Below, in pieces: positions 62,147 through 64,000 of a stretch of 64,000 nt of DNA. Positions within the stretch are counted from its first letter, which is position 1, and each line of letters opens with the position of its first letter. The notes beneath the pieces are model-generated. The model did no database searches. It was not told where the DNA came from and saw only the letters and a program-made list of their open reading frames with translations. This stretch comes from an uncultured delta proteobacterium (lineage in GTDB: Bacteria; Desulfobacterota; Desulfobacteria; Desulfobacterales; JAHEIW01): contig CAVPNL010000006.1 of assembly GCA_963706575.1 (NCBI GenBank), positions 800,001-864,000 of the forward strand, given 5' to 3'. The translations under genes were made by a program, and so were the position numbers.

Positions 62147-62811
62147 CTCGTCATCCTCTCGGGGAAATGATGACGGCACAACTTGTCCAATCGCGCCATT
62201 GACCGGTCGTGAAACCGGTAAAAAAGGGGTACGGCAGCCATGGCGCCCACCAGTGCCAGAAACATATCCCACTGCGCGTCCCAGATATCGCCCTGTGAAC
62301 CTAAAAAGGCGGTGCCGACATCAGATGCCACGATCAGGGCGATCCACCACTCCAGCAGTTCCCAGAAAGCTGCGATGGCCAGAATGATGCTAAAGACAAT
62401 AAAATAAAACCAGCCGCCCCTTTGCAGCGGTGTGACCCGCAAAAGAACTTCACGGATAATAAAAACAGGGAACACACCCAGAGCGACATGCCCCACGCGG
62501 TCGTAGTGGTTGCGACTGAAGCCGAAAACCTCCATGGCCCAGTTTCCCAGGGGCGTTTTGGCATAGGTATAATAACCGCCGTAGATCAGGATGAACATAT
62601 GAAAAAACACACACCAGTAAGCCATGTGCGACATCGGGAACCGGCGATAAAGTGCCATGAGCACGGCGATACCGGCAAGGCCGGGGCCCACCTCCAGCAG
62701 CCAGCTGAATCGTCCCGCCGGGGGTGCCATCACGGTCGCAATGCAGACGAGAACGACGATACCCAGGAGGATCAACGGAGTGCGGTAATATGAAAACGGT
62801 ACTGCTGCCAT
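62143..62811 (-). CDS. DUF2238 (YjdF-like) membrane protein
   Basis: WLLE, GGYYTYA, RNHYDRVGH and FLGSQGDIWDAQWDM. Confidence 0.92.
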   Translation of the reverse strand: MAAVPFSYYRTPLILLGIVVLVCIATVMAPPAGRFSWLLEVGPGLAGIAVLMALYRRFPMSHMAYWCVFFHMFILIYGGYYTYAKTPLGNWAMEVFGFSRNHYDRVGHVALGVFPVFIIREVLLRVTPLQRGGWFYFIVFSIILAIAAFWELLEWWIALIVASDVGTAFLGSQGDIWDAQWDMFLALVGAMAAVPLFYRFHDRSMARLDKLCRHHFPERMTR

Positions 62812-63351
62812 TTATTTCCCCTTTTTGTCAGATTCATATTTTAGCCAATGCTCGGGATCGGATTGGGTAAGCGCTTTGCCGGTCTCCAGATAATGGTTCA
62901 TGGTGGCTTCCCAGAATTTCATATCTTTTACAAAATTATCCTCGCTAAAATTTTCGATGAATCGATTGCCCGCTTCGGTCAGCGCGGTGATGGTGTAGGT
63001 GATGTGAACGCGCGAGGTTTGCTGACCGCCGTCCTCGGCGCGAACCATTACTTCGGCCACTCTTGAATCCGGGGTGATGCGGGCAAAATTCGTCTCGCAG
63101 GCGGCATCATCTCTTTTGGTGATCAGCCAGATGGTGTCTTTTTCACCGGCACTTTTGGAGGTAAATACACACCCTTTTTCCGCGAAGCCGGATTCCGAAA
63201 AAGTCAGATGATACTCCCAGCCATCCAGCCATTCAGCCTCTTTGACCGGACAGATCAAAGAATGAACCACTGAAGGCGGCGCCTGAATGGACTGAACATA
63301 ATTTCGGGTGACTCTTTTTGCTTTAAAATTTGAATGATTGGTAGGATTCAT
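62812..63351 (-). CDS. Hypothetical protein, SRPBCC/polyketide cyclase-like
   Basis: APPSVVHSLICPVKEAEWLDGW and C-terminal helix WEATMNHYL. Confidence 0.65.
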   Translation of the reverse strand: MNPTNHSNFKAKRVTRNYVQSIQAPPSVVHSLICPVKEAEWLDGWEYHLTFSESGFAEKGCVFTSKSAGEKDTIWLITKRDDAACETNFARITPDSRVAEVMVRAEDGGQQTSRVHITYTITALTEAGNRFIENFSEDNFVKDMKFWEATMNHYLETGKALTQSDPEHWLKYESDKKGK

Positions 63352-63384
63352 GGGTTTCTCCGTGTGTAGCGCGCTTTTCGCATC

Positions 63385-64000
63385 TTAGCGGTTTATTATA
63401 TCCAAAACTTCCTGCAGGCTCGAAATCACTGTAACCTCATTTCCCCAAGAGCGGTTTTCGAAAAGATTTTCGTTGGGATACACTACCTGGAAATCCAAAG
63501 CATCGCTGTCTGTGAGGTTAACCGGCCTGGCAATGAATATTGGATGGATTCCGGCTGCGGTGGCCCCGGCAACATCCGTTTTGGTATCCCCGACATAGAC
63601 TGCATTCGCCGCTGAAATTCCGGTTTGTTGAAGCGCCAGCGCAAAGATGCCAGGGTCGGGTTTTTTAACACCCACCTCACTGGAGATGATGGTGGCGTCA
63701 AAGATGTTTTCCAATCCATTATGGGACAAAATTCGGCGAACATGCGGCGGATGGTCGAAATTGCTTACCAGACCGACCGTTTTGTTGTTTTGTTTTAGTG
63801 CCGTTAGAACCGGCATTGCCTCAGGATCGATAGAGATTTGCGTTTGCCATGCGTTGGCGATCGTATCGGCGATATGGCCAAGCTCTCCCTTGGGCAGCTG
63901 ATGGTTGAGTTTCTGGCATAAACGCTGAATACGATGCTCAAGAACGGTTAAATGATCTTCATTGCCGGACGGCGCCGTCGCGCTGAAAAATCCATCGCAT
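63385..64000 (-). CDS. HAD-family hydrolase (5' end outside window)
   Basis: Frame is open to the window edge; LVSNF, VGVKKPDPGIF and YVGD...DVAGA. Confidence 0.88.
   Translation of the reverse strand, partial: CDGFFSATAPSGNEDHLTVLEHRIQRLCQKLNHQLPKGELGHIADTIANAWQTQISIDPEAMPVLTALKQNNKTVGLVSNFDHPPHVRRILSHNGLENIFDATIISSEVGVKKPDPGIFALALQQTGISAANAVYVGDTKTDVAGATAAGIHPIFIARPVNLTDSDALDFQVVYPNENLFENRSWGNEVTVISSLQEVLDIINR

Overview
Bacterial chromosome segment. Gene order and repeat style suggest an anaerobic deltaproteobacterium, probably Desulfobacterales-like (inference). Most of it is housekeeping: hypA/hypB, nifU-nifS, glnS, tRNA-Gln/gltX, rpmF-(acyl-CoA dehydrogenase)-fabG-acpP-fabF, dCMP deaminase-nrdR-ribD-ribE-ribBA-ribH-nusB, mltF, ispG, proS, relA/spoT, rpmB, bamD, trxA and purN. 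Three things stand out. (1) A sulfur-relay cluster at 51.6-56.4 kb: MarR, DsrE2-like, TusA, a DsrM/NarI-like cytochrome b, a DsrK/HdrD-like CCG Fe-S protein and three small DsrEFH-like proteins, with a candidate MarR operator and no dsrC or dsrAB in the window. (2) An AT-rich ~5.4 kb island off the tRNA-Gln 3' end. It is bracketed by two diverged copies of a 'tRNA end + structured trailer + small GIY-YIG nuclease' module and carries an ODP-like di-iron sensor fused to a PP2C phosphatase. (3) Many intergenic structured repeats: 7/8-mer periodic inverted arrays, covarying palindromes and MITE/IS-end remnants. fabF, ribD and ribE are frameshifted in this sequence, most likely through sequencing error. 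All calls come from reading motifs by eye; no database searches were run.
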